From a virus (Duplodnaviria; Caudoviricetes), in IMG/VR virus record IMGVR_UViG_3300011338_000219, positions 1 to 30,810 of that record: 30,810 bases of DNA. The stretch is one strand, 5' to 3'. Every line of letters begins with the position of its first letter. The first letter of the stretch is position 1. Position numbers and translations under genes: made by a program. Positions 9,709 to 18,523 of the stretch are shown here, piece after piece. The notes beneath the pieces are model-generated. The model was not told where the DNA came from. It searched no databases and was given only the letters and a program-made list of their open reading frames with translations.

Positions 9709-10305
9709 ATGAAAGAAGAAGAAGTAAAAGTCATTGAGTACACCATTGATGACAGCGGATATTTAGGAGTTCACGCAATGAGCCTTGTCGAGAATCCTGC
9801 AATTGAGGTAGACTTTGTGGCATTGTCCAAAACTCGCAAGGTGCAACAAGCAGCCATTGAGGAAGGTGAAAGAAAAATGGTCTATGGTGCGGTGATGATA
9901 CCGGAGCAATTGATTTACCGAGTTGATTCGATGAAGCGTGAATACTATTGCAAATATTCAAAGGAAACTATTAACAAGATAGCACAAGAATATCTCAAAA
10001 GGAATATGCATCACAACTCAAATCTTGAACACGAAATTCCAGTTGTTGGATGCACGGTAGTTGAGTATTGGATAGTGGAAGGTCAGCACGATAAGAGCCA
10101 AAATTTTGGATTCTCTTTCCCTGAAGGAACGTGGTGCATTGGAATGAAGATAGACAATGATGAGGTGTGGCAATCGATTAAGCAAGGTGACGTAAAAGGC
10201 TTTTCACTTGAGGGATTCTTCACGGAAATTAGTGACGAGTATATGACACAGCAGGAAATCGAAAAGATAATGAAGGAGTTAGAGAATGAATTGAGTGGGT
10301 TGTGA
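9709..10305 (+). CDS. Prohead serine protease, XkdF-like
   Basis: Motifs MVYGAVMIP, SNLEH, WIVEG, PEGTWCIGMKI and VKGFSLEG; precedes the scaffold and capsid genes. Confidence 0.8.
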   Translation: MKEEEVKVIEYTIDDSGYLGVHAMSLVENPAIEVDFVALSKTRKVQQAAIEEGERKMVYGAVMIPEQLIYRVDSMKREYYCKYSKETINKIAQEYLKRNMHHNSNLEHEIPVVGCTVVEYWIVEGQHDKSQNFGFSFPEGTWCIGMKIDNDEVWQSIKQGDVKGFSLEGFFTEISDEYMTQQEIEKIMKELENELSGL

Positions 10306-10345
10306 TTAATTACACCGCGTGCAGGTGTATTGTTTACCCGACAAA

Positions 10346-10375
10346 AAAGCCCTCCACGTTTGGGGGGCTTTCTTG
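10346..10375 (+). terminator. Intrinsic terminator (possibly bidirectional)
   Basis: AAAGCCCTCCA-CGTT-TGGGGGGCTTT stem, with an A-run before and a T-rich tail after. Confidence 0.75.
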
Positions 10376-10439
10376 TGAAACCGAAACAATTAAACAAACT
10401 AAAAAAACACATTACAACGGAACAAAAATAGGTGTTTTG

Positions 10440-10447
10440 CTACTTAA
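10440..10447 (+). promoter_or_regulatory. CTACTTAA motif, candidate late promoter for scaffold/capsid
   Basis: Intergenic, downstream of the terminator; preceded by AAAAATA at about the same spacing as at 281-305. Confidence 0.45.
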
Positions 10448-10471
10448 GTAAAGAAAAAGTAAAACATAGAT

Positions 10472-11059
10472 ATGAACAAAGTAAGTGAAATCGTTTCCAA
10501 ATACGCAGACCGCTTGAAGGCCTTTGGCATTCAACTTTCTGCTGAAGGGGAAATCAAAAAAGAAGACCAAATGGCGATGGCCGTTTTGGCTGTTGGCCCG
10601 GAGGTATTTTCTCCCGATGCTGAATTCTCAGTTGGTAGTGAGTTATTCATTAAGGATGGTGACGGCAATCCCGTTCCTGCACCAGATGGAGAACACACAA
10701 CTGCTGAAGGTAAAATGATTGTGGTTGCAGGTGGTGTGATTACTGAGATCAAAGAACCAGAAGTTGAAGCTCCTGAAGTTGAAATCGAAATCGAAGAAGA
10801 AAAACAAGCTGCTTTCGAAGGTGTATCAAAAGAAGAATTCGAGTCAACAATCAATTCATTGGTTGAGGCTTTTGAAGCGAAGATTGCTGCATTGAATGCA
10901 GAGAAAGAAACTCTTTCTTCTACCATCGAAAAGATGAGCAAGCAACCTGCAGTTGATAGCGTAAAGAAGTCAACAACAGTTGCAAAATCAGAGCCTATCA
11001 ATTTGGCGAAAATGGATTCTAAAAACAGAATCTACTCAATTATAAACAAGTACAAATAA
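10472..11059 (+). CDS. Capsid scaffolding protein
   Basis: Acidic, with a PAPDGEHTTAEG motif and a C-terminal coiled coil; lies between the protease and the major capsid gene. Confidence 0.7.
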   Translation: MNKVSEIVSKYADRLKAFGIQLSAEGEIKKEDQMAMAVLAVGPEVFSPDAEFSVGSELFIKDGDGNPVPAPDGEHTTAEGKMIVVAGGVITEIKEPEVEAPEVEIEIEEEKQAAFEGVSKEEFESTINSLVEAFEAKIAALNAEKETLSSTIEKMSKQPAVDSVKKSTTVAKSEPINLAKMDSKNRIYSIINKYK

Positions 11060-11078
11060 AAAATAAAAAAAAGAAAAA

Positions 11079-12020
11079 ATGGCTGATAGCTTAACTATTA
11101 ACAGTTCAACCTACGCAGGTGAATTAGCGTTGCCTTACATCAACGCAGCAATGTTGTCTGGAGACACTCTTGCTAAAAACTATGTAACTCTTAAGGAAGG
11201 TGTGAAGTTCAAGGCAGTTTTGAAAAGATTGTCTAATGCTGCTTCATTGGTTCAAAGTGGTACTGATTGTGATTTCACACAAGCAGGTTCTTTGAATTTG
11301 GATGAGTCAGTTTTGACGGTTTCAGATTTGAAAGTTAACTTGGAGTTGTGCAAGTCTGAATTTGCTCGTGACTGGGAAGCTGCTCAAACTGGTCGTGGAT
11401 TCATCAATGATGTAGTACCTACAAACTTCGCTGACTTCTTAATTGGATATGCTGCTGGAAAAGTTGCTGAAACTATCGAGTACACAATTTGGCAAGGTAA
11501 CACTGCAGTAGGTAACACTTACCGTTCTTTTGATGGATTTGAGAAATTGATCAATGCCAACGCAGGAACTTATGCTAACTTTACTTGGACTTCTCCAGGT
11601 GGTACAATGTCAGTAAGCACTGTAATTGCTAACTTGAATGCAGTTATTGCCGCACTTCCTCCAGCTTTGATTGGTTCTCCTGAAACAAAGTTGTATATGA
11701 ACCGTGCTACTGCACAATTCTATCGTCAGGCGGTTGCTGCACAAGGTTACTTGCAAATGTTTTCTGCTGCATCTGATTTCAACTTGCAATTCAATGGATA
11801 CGATATCTATGTTTGCCCAGGTATTAGCGCAGGTACTGTAATTGCTGCTCAACCTTCTAACTTATTTGTAGGTGTTGATGCTAACTCTGACTACGCTGAA
11901 GTTAAAGTTGTTGATATGTCAATGACTGATGCCTCTGACAATGTTCGTATGGCTATGAGATTCCGTACTGGAGTACAAGTTGGAGTTTACCAAGACGTAG
12001 TTTTTGGTTCTAACACCTAA
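11079..12020 (+). CDS. Major capsid protein
   Basis: 313 aa with an STYAGELA start, LKVNLELCK and IWQG motifs. Strongly biased codon usage, A-rich leader, and a terminator after it. Confidence 0.85.
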   Translation: MADSLTINSSTYAGELALPYINAAMLSGDTLAKNYVTLKEGVKFKAVLKRLSNAASLVQSGTDCDFTQAGSLNLDESVLTVSDLKVNLELCKSEFARDWEAAQTGRGFINDVVPTNFADFLIGYAAGKVAETIEYTIWQGNTAVGNTYRSFDGFEKLINANAGTYANFTWTSPGGTMSVSTVIANLNAVIAALPPALIGSPETKLYMNRATAQFYRQAVAAQGYLQMFSAASDFNLQFNGYDIYVCPGISAGTVIAAQPSNLFVGVDANSDYAEVKVVDMSMTDASDNVRMAMRFRTGVQVGVYQDVVFGSNT

Positions 12021-12036
12021 TTAATAACCACAAGTA

Positions 12037-12073
12037 AAGGGGAAGGTGGTTAGTTCTGCCTTCCCTTTATTTT
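12037..12073 (+). terminator. Intrinsic terminator after the capsid gene
   Basis: AAGGGGAAGGTGG-TTAGTT-CTGCCTTCCCTTT stem followed by ATTTT. Confidence 0.75.
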
Positions 12074-12097
12074 AACTAATAATAAAAATATAATAAT

Positions 12098-12640
12098 ATG
12101 GCTTGTGAATTAACCGCAGGATTTCTGTTAGATTGTAAAGATACAATCGGTGGAATCAAAGCAATATACTTGCAGCAACATGCTGACTTTTTGACTGGCG
12201 TATCTATTGATGGAAATGAAGAAATTGAAACTTTACCCGCTGCTGATTTATATAAATACATTTGTCCAAAGCACACGGGAAGTTTTACTGAAGAAGTCGC
12301 TTCATCTGTTGAAAATGGTACAATCTTTTATACACAAACGGTAACCGCTACATTCTTCAAATTGTCTGCTGCACGTAGAAAGCAATTAGAGTTGCTTGGC
12401 AAAAATCGTCTTGTTGTTTTTGTTCAAGATAACAACGACAACATTTGGATGATTGGTCGTTTTGATGGTGCTGAAGTAACTGCTGCATCAACCGCTACTG
12501 GAGTTGCAAAAGGTGACCTTAATGGCTACACAATTACCTTTACTGCTGAAGAAAAGAATAAGGCTTATAGATTGGAATCATTCACATCTGTACCATTCGA
12601 CAACTTTGGAAGCATTGACGTAATCGCACCAACTATTTAA
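12098..12640 (+). CDS. Major tail tube protein
   Basis: MACELTAG...CKDTIGGIK start, ENGTIFYTQT and GDLNGYTITFTAEE motifs; 180 aa with high-expression codon bias. Confidence 0.7.
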   Translation: MACELTAGFLLDCKDTIGGIKAIYLQQHADFLTGVSIDGNEEIETLPAADLYKYICPKHTGSFTEEVASSVENGTIFYTQTVTATFFKLSAARRKQLELLGKNRLVVFVQDNNDNIWMIGRFDGAEVTAASTATGVAKGDLNGYTITFTAEEKNKAYRLESFTSVPFDNFGSIDVIAPTI

Positions 12641-12656
12641 TTATCTTTGTAAGTAG

Positions 12657-13061
12657 ATGAATTACTTACAGACAAATACTGCATCTCAAAACCTCCTTCT
12701 CTCTTTAGAGGAGGGGGCTTTGCTTTTACCAACGTTTGAGTATTATTTATTGATACTTCAAAACGAAACAACGTTAGAAAAATTTGCAGTTATTCCAATT
12801 GTAATAAGCACAAATGAAAGAATAACAACGTTGTCAATTAGTACAAATTTTGATGAACCAACTGAAGGTGAAATTTTAATAACTGATGGAGGCCGTTACA
12901 ACTTTGTTATCTATGGTCAAACTACGTGTTGCAACTTTGATCCTACTTCTCCTGATGTGGTTGGAGAGATTAAGCGTGGCTATATTGAATTCAATACGTT
13001 GACGCAATACTTTGACCAACCTTCTTTAACCATCCCAAACGATATAGAATACAATGGCTAA
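12657..13061 (+). CDS. Hypothetical virion protein (possible head closure)
   Basis: 134-aa beta-rich ORF overlapping the portal start; function from context only. Confidence 0.5.
   Translation: MNYLQTNTASQNLLLSLEEGALLLPTFEYYLLILQNETTLEKFAVIPIVISTNERITTLSISTNFDEPTEGEILITDGGRYNFVIYGQTTCCNFDPTSPDVVGEIKRGYIEFNTLTQYFDQPSLTIPNDIEYNG
12692..12727 (+). terminator. Intragenic terminator/attenuator-like hairpin
   Basis: CCTCCTTCTCT-CTTT-AGAGGAGGGGG (11 bp, 2 G-U) followed by CTTTGCTTTT, about 50 nt after the tail tube stop. Confidence 0.5.
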
Positions 13062-15069
13062 TCTAATAGACGAAATAAAACAACGCGTAGGTGCTACGCA
13101 GATAGAGATGGCGAAATACGTCAAGATTGCGCCTACTGAAACTGAAGATAGAAAGGGATGGGTTAGTTATGGTGAAGGTAACTCCTTCCCACAATACTTG
13201 ATTGAACTTTATAACGAATCACCAATTCACGGTGCATTAGTTAACTCGATATCTTATATGATTGCAGGTCGTGAGATGACTGCATCAACACCACAAGCAG
13301 TAAGTGAAATCAAAAGATTGTCACTTGACAAGATTGTCAATCCTACTGCTTTGGATTTGAAGCTTCACGGAGGATTTTATTGGGAGGTTATTTGGTCAAT
13401 GGATAGATCAACCATTGCTCAAGTTAATCACTTGCCATTTGAAAATTGTCGTTTGGCGTGTAGTGATGAAGATGATTCCATAACTGGCATTTGGTACTCA
13501 AGAGATTGGTCAAATATCAGAAAGAAAAAGAATGAGCCAAGGTATATTGCTATGTTCAATGAAGAACACAAAGAGGCACTACCAAAGCAAGTTTTATTTG
13601 TTCACCATATGATGGTCGGAAGCGAATATTATCCGAAGCCTGATTACGTTGGTGCTATCAATGAGATAGAAAAGATGAGGCAGTTAAGTGAGTATCAAGT
13701 GAACTTGATTCTTAACGGATTCTTTCCCTCATTAATTGCATCATTTAACAACGGCATCCCTTCACTTGAAGAACAACACATGATTAAAAATCAGTTGACT
13801 GCATCCATTCAAGGTGCGGAAAATGCTGGTAAAGTCTTGACGTTTTTCAATGAGGAAAGAGATAGAGGTGTTGAGTTTACTCCGTTTCCAGTATCGGATA
13901 TGGATAAGCAATTCACCACGTTGGTAGACCAAGCAGTTGAAAGCATTTTAGTTAGCCATCGTGTAACGTCACCTTTGTTGTTTGGTGTACGTGATGGGGG
14001 TGGATTGGGTTCGAATACCGATGAAATGAAAACTGCATTACGCATCTTTTCACGCCAAGTAATTGAGCCATTTCAAAGACTTATCACAGATGCAACCGAA
14101 ACACTATTAGCATCATTTGGAGTTGTTGCGAATTGTACAATAGTTCAAAATGACTTATTGAATGATGAGGTTGTGAGTGATAGCGGTACAACTACTGCAA
14201 GTGTGGATGTTGCAAGTCAAGCATTGAATGGTGCGCAAATTGCATCACTACTTGAAATCATTGTCCAAACAACTGCGAATGTGTTAACCATACCATCAGC
14301 AAAGGCAATTACAAAGGCAGCATTTCCGATGCTTGGAGATGTAGAAATCAATAACATTTTTGACAACCTATCCAACGTAGTTATTGATCCCACGCAAGTA
14401 GTTCAAAAAAAAAAAGTTAAGTGCGAACACCAAAGCGTTCCTGAAGCAGATGCGCTCAATGCAATAGCTGAAGAGTTAATTCAATTGGGTGAAGAGCCAA
14501 ATGAAGATTGGATTTTAATTGATGAATATGAAGTTGATTACGATGAGGATGATAGTGAGAACGAAGCTATCTCACACATATTTGATGCCGTTGAAATTCA
14601 TCAAGTAAGTACAGGCACAGCCAAGCCAAATGCAACCAGTGAGCAAGACCAAACAATAGACGAGCGCAAGTATTACACACGTTATAAATACAGCGGAAAG
14701 ATAACCGATGTGACAAGACCTTTTTGTACTAAAATGCTACAAGCTGACAAGCTATACCGGAAAGAAGATATCTTGGCAATGGGGAATAAGGCAGTTAATC
14801 CAGGATGGGGACCCAATGGGGCTGATACGTATAGTTGCTGGTTGTACAAAGGCGGGGGCAACTGTGGCCATTGGTGGTCCAAGCAGTTGTACATTAGTGC
14901 AAAAGGATTTGGATTGGATTTGAACAACCCAAATGTCCGCACACAAGCTTGGGCAAAAGCTGAAAAGGCAGGGTATACGGTGCGCAATAATGCGTTAGTT
15001 GAAAAGAAGCCAATTGATATGCCATACAACGGATTTCTACCCACAAATCCACGTTTCGGAAACAAATAA
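13054..15069 (+). CDS. Portal protein with C-terminal Cys/His (MuF/gp7-like) extension
   Basis: Portal motifs WVSYGEGNSFPQYLIELY, YYPKPDY, GAENAGK and HRVTSPLLFG. The C-terminal domain has RPFC...YKGGGNCGHWW. Confidence 0.85.
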   Translation: MANLIDEIKQRVGATQIEMAKYVKIAPTETEDRKGWVSYGEGNSFPQYLIELYNESPIHGALVNSISYMIAGREMTASTPQAVSEIKRLSLDKIVNPTALDLKLHGGFYWEVIWSMDRSTIAQVNHLPFENCRLACSDEDDSITGIWYSRDWSNIRKKKNEPRYIAMFNEEHKEALPKQVLFVHHMMVGSEYYPKPDYVGAINEIEKMRQLSEYQVNLILNGFFPSLIASFNNGIPSLEEQHMIKNQLTASIQGAENAGKVLTFFNEERDRGVEFTPFPVSDMDKQFTTLVDQAVESILVSHRVTSPLLFGVRDGGGLGSNTDEMKTALRIFSRQVIEPFQRLITDATETLLASFGVVANCTIVQNDLLNDEVVSDSGTTTASVDVASQALNGAQIASLLEIIVQTTANVLTIPSAKAITKAAFPMLGDVEINNIFDNLSNVVIDPTQVVQKKKVKCEHQSVPEADALNAIAEELIQLGEEPNEDWILIDEYEVDYDEDDSENEAISHIFDAVEIHQVSTGTAKPNATSEQDQTIDERKYYTRYKYSGKITDVTRPFCTKMLQADKLYRKEDILAMGNKAVNPGWGPNGADTYSCWLYKGGGNCGHWWSKQLYISAKGFGLDLNNPNVRTQAWAKAEKAGYTVRNNALVEKKPIDMPYNGFLPTNPRFGNK

Positions 15070-15080
15070 AATTTAAGAAA

Positions 15081-15656
15081 ATGCCAATACCACAAGAGAT
15101 ATTACTCATAAATGAGGACTACATAAAGAAGTTCACTCCTTTAACGGATGCAGTTGATCCGAATCTTATCAGACCTGCTATTTATTTGGCGCAGGATAAA
15201 TATTTGACCAACTTTTTGGGTACAAATTTGACCGTTAAATTGAAAGCTGATGTTAGTGGTGGCACGTTGACTGGAGATTACGAAACATTGCTCAATGAAT
15301 ACGTGTTAAAGGTTGTGTTGTGGTGGACAATGGTGGAGTTATATCCATCATTATTGTACAAGCACGACAACGGAAACTTGGTGAGCAGACAAAGTGAGGA
15401 CACAACTCCAGTTACAAAGCCCGAAATGGAGTCATTGAAGGAAGCTGCAAGGCAGAACGCACGTTGGTATACGAAAAGAATGGTAGACTATTTGTGTTTT
15501 AATTCAACGTTGTTCCCCGAGTATACCAACAATACAGACAACAACATTTTCCCTGACAGAAATCCTTACGGAAAGAGTAATTTTCTAATCACAAATTCAT
15601 ATAAAGAATGGCGCAACAAGTGGTCAATAAAAGACTTTCTCCCTCCATCGTACTAA
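15081..15656 (+). CDS. Head-tail adaptor-like protein
   Basis: Helical 191-aa protein after the portal (IYLAQDKYLTNFLGTNL...RMVDYLC). Confidence 0.55.
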   Translation: MPIPQEILLINEDYIKKFTPLTDAVDPNLIRPAIYLAQDKYLTNFLGTNLTVKLKADVSGGTLTGDYETLLNEYVLKVVLWWTMVELYPSLLYKHDNGNLVSRQSEDTTPVTKPEMESLKEAARQNARWYTKRMVDYLCFNSTLFPEYTNNTDNNIFPDRNPYGKSNFLITNSYKEWRNKWSIKDFLPPSY

Positions 15657-15715
15657 AGAGGAAGGAATATGAAAAGCTATTGAAACAATATCTCAAAAAG
15701 CAGGAGAAAAGATGA
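15608..15715 (+). CDS. Small basic 35-aa protein
   Basis: MAQQVVNKRL...YEKLLKQYLKKQEKR*; its TGA overlaps the holin ATG (ATGA). Confidence 0.4.
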   Translation: MAQQVVNKRLSPSIVLKRKEYEKLLKQYLKKQEKR

Positions 15716-16119
15716 AGATTAAATTGTGGCTATTGGGAATTGCAACTGTGTTTTTACCAATCAAAGAACTGATGATTACCATTGGTTTTTTGGTGGCTAT
15801 GGATATGGTTGTTGGGTTGTGGAAAGCTATCAAATTAGGTCAGCGAATTAGGTCAAGAAGAATGAGTGATACAATAACTAAAATGCTATTGTATCAAATT
15901 GCAATCGTGAGCGGATTTCTAATTGAAACCTACATAATTGAGCAACTGATACCCATAACAAAGTTGATAGCAACCGTGGTAGCCATCATTGAATTTAAGT
16001 CAATCATTGAAAGTATTGAATCTGTAACTGGAAAAGATTTGTGGAGTAAAATCAAGACCATTATAGGCAGAAAGAGTGAAGATATAACTGATGCAATGAC
16101 CGATGGAAAAGGTAAGTAA
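15712..16119 (+). CDS. Holin
   Basis: Several hydrophobic helices, DMVVGLWKA and IEFKSIIE motifs; immediately before the endolysin. Confidence 0.75.
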   Translation: MKIKLWLLGIATVFLPIKELMITIGFLVAMDMVVGLWKAIKLGQRIRSRRMSDTITKMLLYQIAIVSGFLIETYIIEQLIPITKLIATVVAIIEFKSIIESIESVTGKDLWSKIKTIIGRKSEDITDAMTDGKGK

Positions 16120-16564
16120 ATATGTAAGCTACAAAGAAGTAACGCATAGCAATCAAGCGACTGCGCTACGCATTGGCAATGTTCCAAATGCTGAACAATT
16201 GCATAACTTAAAGCTTGTATGCATCAACATTTTTGATAAGGTGCGTGAGCATTTCGGAAAGCCAATTGGTATCTCATCAGGCTTTAGAAGTCGTGAACTT
16301 AATACACGTATTGGCGGTTCAAAAAGTTCACAACATATGGAGGGCAAAGCTTTGGATATTGATGCAGATATCTTTGGTGGCATAAATAACAAAGAGATAT
16401 TTGATTACATCAGAAATAATTGTACATTTGACCAACTCATTTGGGAATTTGGAAGTGAGAATGCACCTTCTTGGGTTCACGTAAGTTTCAATAAGGATGG
16501 AAATAGAGGTCAGATATTGCGTGCGGTCAAGAGTGGTGGTAGAACAGTATACCAACCATTCTAA
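16103..16564 (+). CDS. Endolysin, peptidase M15A family
   Basis: SSGFRS, SQHMEGKALDI and WVHVS zinc-peptidase motifs. Confidence 0.88.
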   Translation: MEKVSKYVSYKEVTHSNQATALRIGNVPNAEQLHNLKLVCINIFDKVREHFGKPIGISSGFRSRELNTRIGGSKSSQHMEGKALDIDADIFGGINNKEIFDYIRNNCTFDQLIWEFGSENAPSWVHVSFNKDGNRGQILRAVKSGGRTVYQPF

Positions 16565-16569
16565 AATAT

Positions 16570-17565
16570 ATGGCAGAAAGTCAAAAGACAAAAATCGCAA
16601 GAGAATTGCGTGAGCGTTTTCCTGATACACCAACTTTAACATTGGCGAAGAAACTATCTAAAGAACATTTTGAAACATTCTTGGGAGTAGAAGATGCAAG
16701 GAGTGTACTTCGCAGGATTGAAGGGAAAAATGGCACAACTACTCGCAAGGCAATAACTGATAAATCTTTGTACAAATCAGATGACAGGCCTAAAAATCCT
16801 TTCAAGTTACCGAAGTCATATGCTAAAGGTCGCAAGCACATTGATATCAAGGGAAAAAAGATTTTAATCCTATCAGATATCCACATTCCATACCACGACA
16901 TTGATGCCATTTCAGTAGCTATTCAAACTGGATTAGATGAAGGAGTTGATACCGTTGTGCTGAATGGTGACGCACTCGATTGTCATATGATCAGTGACTT
17001 TGTTAAAGACCCAAAGAAGCGAAAATTCAAAGACGAATTGTATGCAATGCGTACTTTCATTTCTGAATTACGACAAACATTTCCAAAAGCAGAAATCATT
17101 TACAAAGAAGGCAACCACGAAGAAAGGTATTGGAGATATATGCGAGTGAAAGCACCTGAACTATTCGACATTGATGCCTTTGATTTTGCTTCGCTTTGCC
17201 ATCTTGATAAGAATAATGTCCAATGGATTGAAGGTAAAAACAAATTAAATGTAGGGGGTCTATCAATATTTCACGGTCACGAATTTGGAAAGCAATTTAT
17301 ACCATCAGTAAACGTAGCACGTGGACTTTTCTTAAAGACAAAAGCAAATGCAATGTGCGGTCATCATCACCAAACGGCAGAGCATACTGAAAGGGATGTT
17401 AACGGCAAGGTAATAACGTGTTGGGGTGTGGGGTGTCTATCTGAGTTGTCACCTGACTACAATCCATATAGTAAATACAATCACGGATTTGCAATTATAA
17501 CAAGGGGCAATGGAAAAGAATTTCACGTTAAAAATTATCGTATTAATCAAGGCAATATCTATTAG
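16570..17565 (+). CDS. Calcineurin-like metallophosphoesterase
   Basis: All five motifs are present: SDIH, NGDALD, GNHE, HGH, GHHH. Confidence 0.88.
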   Translation: MAESQKTKIARELRERFPDTPTLTLAKKLSKEHFETFLGVEDARSVLRRIEGKNGTTTRKAITDKSLYKSDDRPKNPFKLPKSYAKGRKHIDIKGKKILILSDIHIPYHDIDAISVAIQTGLDEGVDTVVLNGDALDCHMISDFVKDPKKRKFKDELYAMRTFISELRQTFPKAEIIYKEGNHEERYWRYMRVKAPELFDIDAFDFASLCHLDKNNVQWIEGKNKLNVGGLSIFHGHEFGKQFIPSVNVARGLFLKTKANAMCGHHHQTAEHTERDVNGKVITCWGVGCLSELSPDYNPYSKYNHGFAIITRGNGKEFHVKNYRINQGNIY

Positions 17566-17821
17566 TATTGGAATTGCCATTGGTGTGTTGATTTGCAGAC
17601 CTGATTCAAGTAGGGTACAAATTGTACCCAACTCAGATACGATTACGAAATATCAAATGCGCATTGATACGCTAACCATTGAACGCACTAAACTCAAAAC
17701 GATATATGAAAAGGACATTGATACTATTTATCTACTTGATAGCGTTGCCATTGATAGCGCATACACAGCTGCAATTCAAAGACTCATTGAACTCGAAAAG
17801 ACTGGATTCTTTAACCATTGA
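17510..17821 (+). CDS. Membrane-anchored coiled-coil protein (spanin candidate)
   Basis: N-terminal transmembrane segment followed by a helical region; at the end of the lysis cassette. Confidence 0.5.
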   Translation: MEKNFTLKIIVLIKAISISIGIAIGVLICRPDSSRVQIVPNSDTITKYQMRIDTLTIERTKLKTIYEKDIDTIYLLDSVAIDSAYTAAIQRLIELEKTGFFNH

Positions 17822-18074
17822 GCGCAGGTTAGTTGTACTTGGGGTGAGGTCATTGGATTACTATGTTGAATTGGATAAGAATAATCGTAGCATAATTCAT
17901 ACATACGCTCAACTAAATGCGTTTAATGTCCGATATATAGAGCAATTAGAGGGGTTAAATGCGGGATTAACTGAGGCATTAAATGAGGAATTAAGGTCAA
18001 AAAAAAAATGGCGCAATGCCACTCTTTTGATTGGAGGTATTTTAATATCTACTTTGGTTGTTGTTCAATTATAA
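17706..18074 (+). CDS. Signal-peptide/coiled-coil/C-terminal TM protein (spanin candidate)
   Basis: MKRTLILFIYLIALPLIA signal-like start (ATG 17706), coiled coil, then KKKWR and a C-terminal TM; overlaps the previous gene by 116 nt. Confidence 0.5.
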   Translation: MKRTLILFIYLIALPLIAHTQLQFKDSLNSKRLDSLTIERRLVVLGVRSLDYYVELDKNNRSIIHTYAQLNAFNVRYIEQLEGLNAGLTEALNEELRSKKKWRNATLLIGGILISTLVVVQL

Positions 18075-18306
18075 CCGTTCCACTTACCTCAACTAATTCA
18101 TTGGTTTTAGCGTCAGTAAAATAGTATCCATCAGTTCCATTTTCATTTGATACTTTACCTGTTGAATGATAAGTTATAATTGTATCACAACTCAAAACCT
18201 TAACTGTAAATTTATTATTTAATCCAGTAGCTTTGCTAAATTGTGCATCCGTACAACTTACAAAAGCAGCGGATAAAATCAAAAATATAATTATAGTTTT
18301 TTTCAT
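18049..18306 (-). CDS. Lipoprotein
   Basis: MKK, hydrophobic stretch and FVS-C lipobox (Cys18). Confidence 0.75.
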   Translation of the reverse strand: MKKTIIIFLILSAAFVSCTDAQFSKATGLNNKFTVKVLSCDTIITYHSTGKVSNENGTDGYYFTDAKTNELVEVSGTVIIEQQPK

Positions 18307-18310
18307 TTCA

Positions 18311-18523
18311 TTACTTTTTATTGTTCATCATTCTTTTTAGATAAATAGCAAAATCTAAAGCTTCTTCGTATGCGTGTTGCATCCATTCACGCTCTGATAG
18401 ATTCGCTTTATCCACAGTTGTGCCATACTTTGCCCTGCCCATCTTCTCTCTTGATATAAGGTCAGTTATTACCTCTTTGTACACATCACTTTGGCAGTTG
18501 TCGAAATCGTGTGTTATATTCAT
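18311..18523 (-). CDS. Conserved phage protein, all-alpha NTP-PPase-like
   Basis: R..MG.AKYGTT.D...WMQHAYEEALDFAIYL pattern with an EExxD acidic motif. Confidence 0.55.
   Translation of the reverse strand: MNITHDFDNCQSDVYKEVITDLISREKMGRAKYGTTVDKANLSEREWMQHAYEEALDFAIYLKRMMNNKK

Noticed and set aside
10311-10329. Small hairpin TACACC-N7-GGTGTA before the terminator
   Set aside because: Only 6 bp, with no supporting second copy.
719-17631. Many antisense ORFs (e.g. 8255-8626, 9173-9610, 10531-11001, 14682-15095)
   Set aside because: Shadows of codon-biased sense genes with no recognisable motifs.
17999-18008. A10 run as a possible frameshift site
   Set aside because: Explained by a Lys run before a TM helix; the -1 frame runs into the antisense lipoprotein gene and does not look protein-like.
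18408-18416. Perfect DnaA box TTATCCACA (another, inverted, at 29263-29271)
   Set aside because: Both are isolated, intragenic and encode VDK; there is no cluster, so they are compatible with chance.
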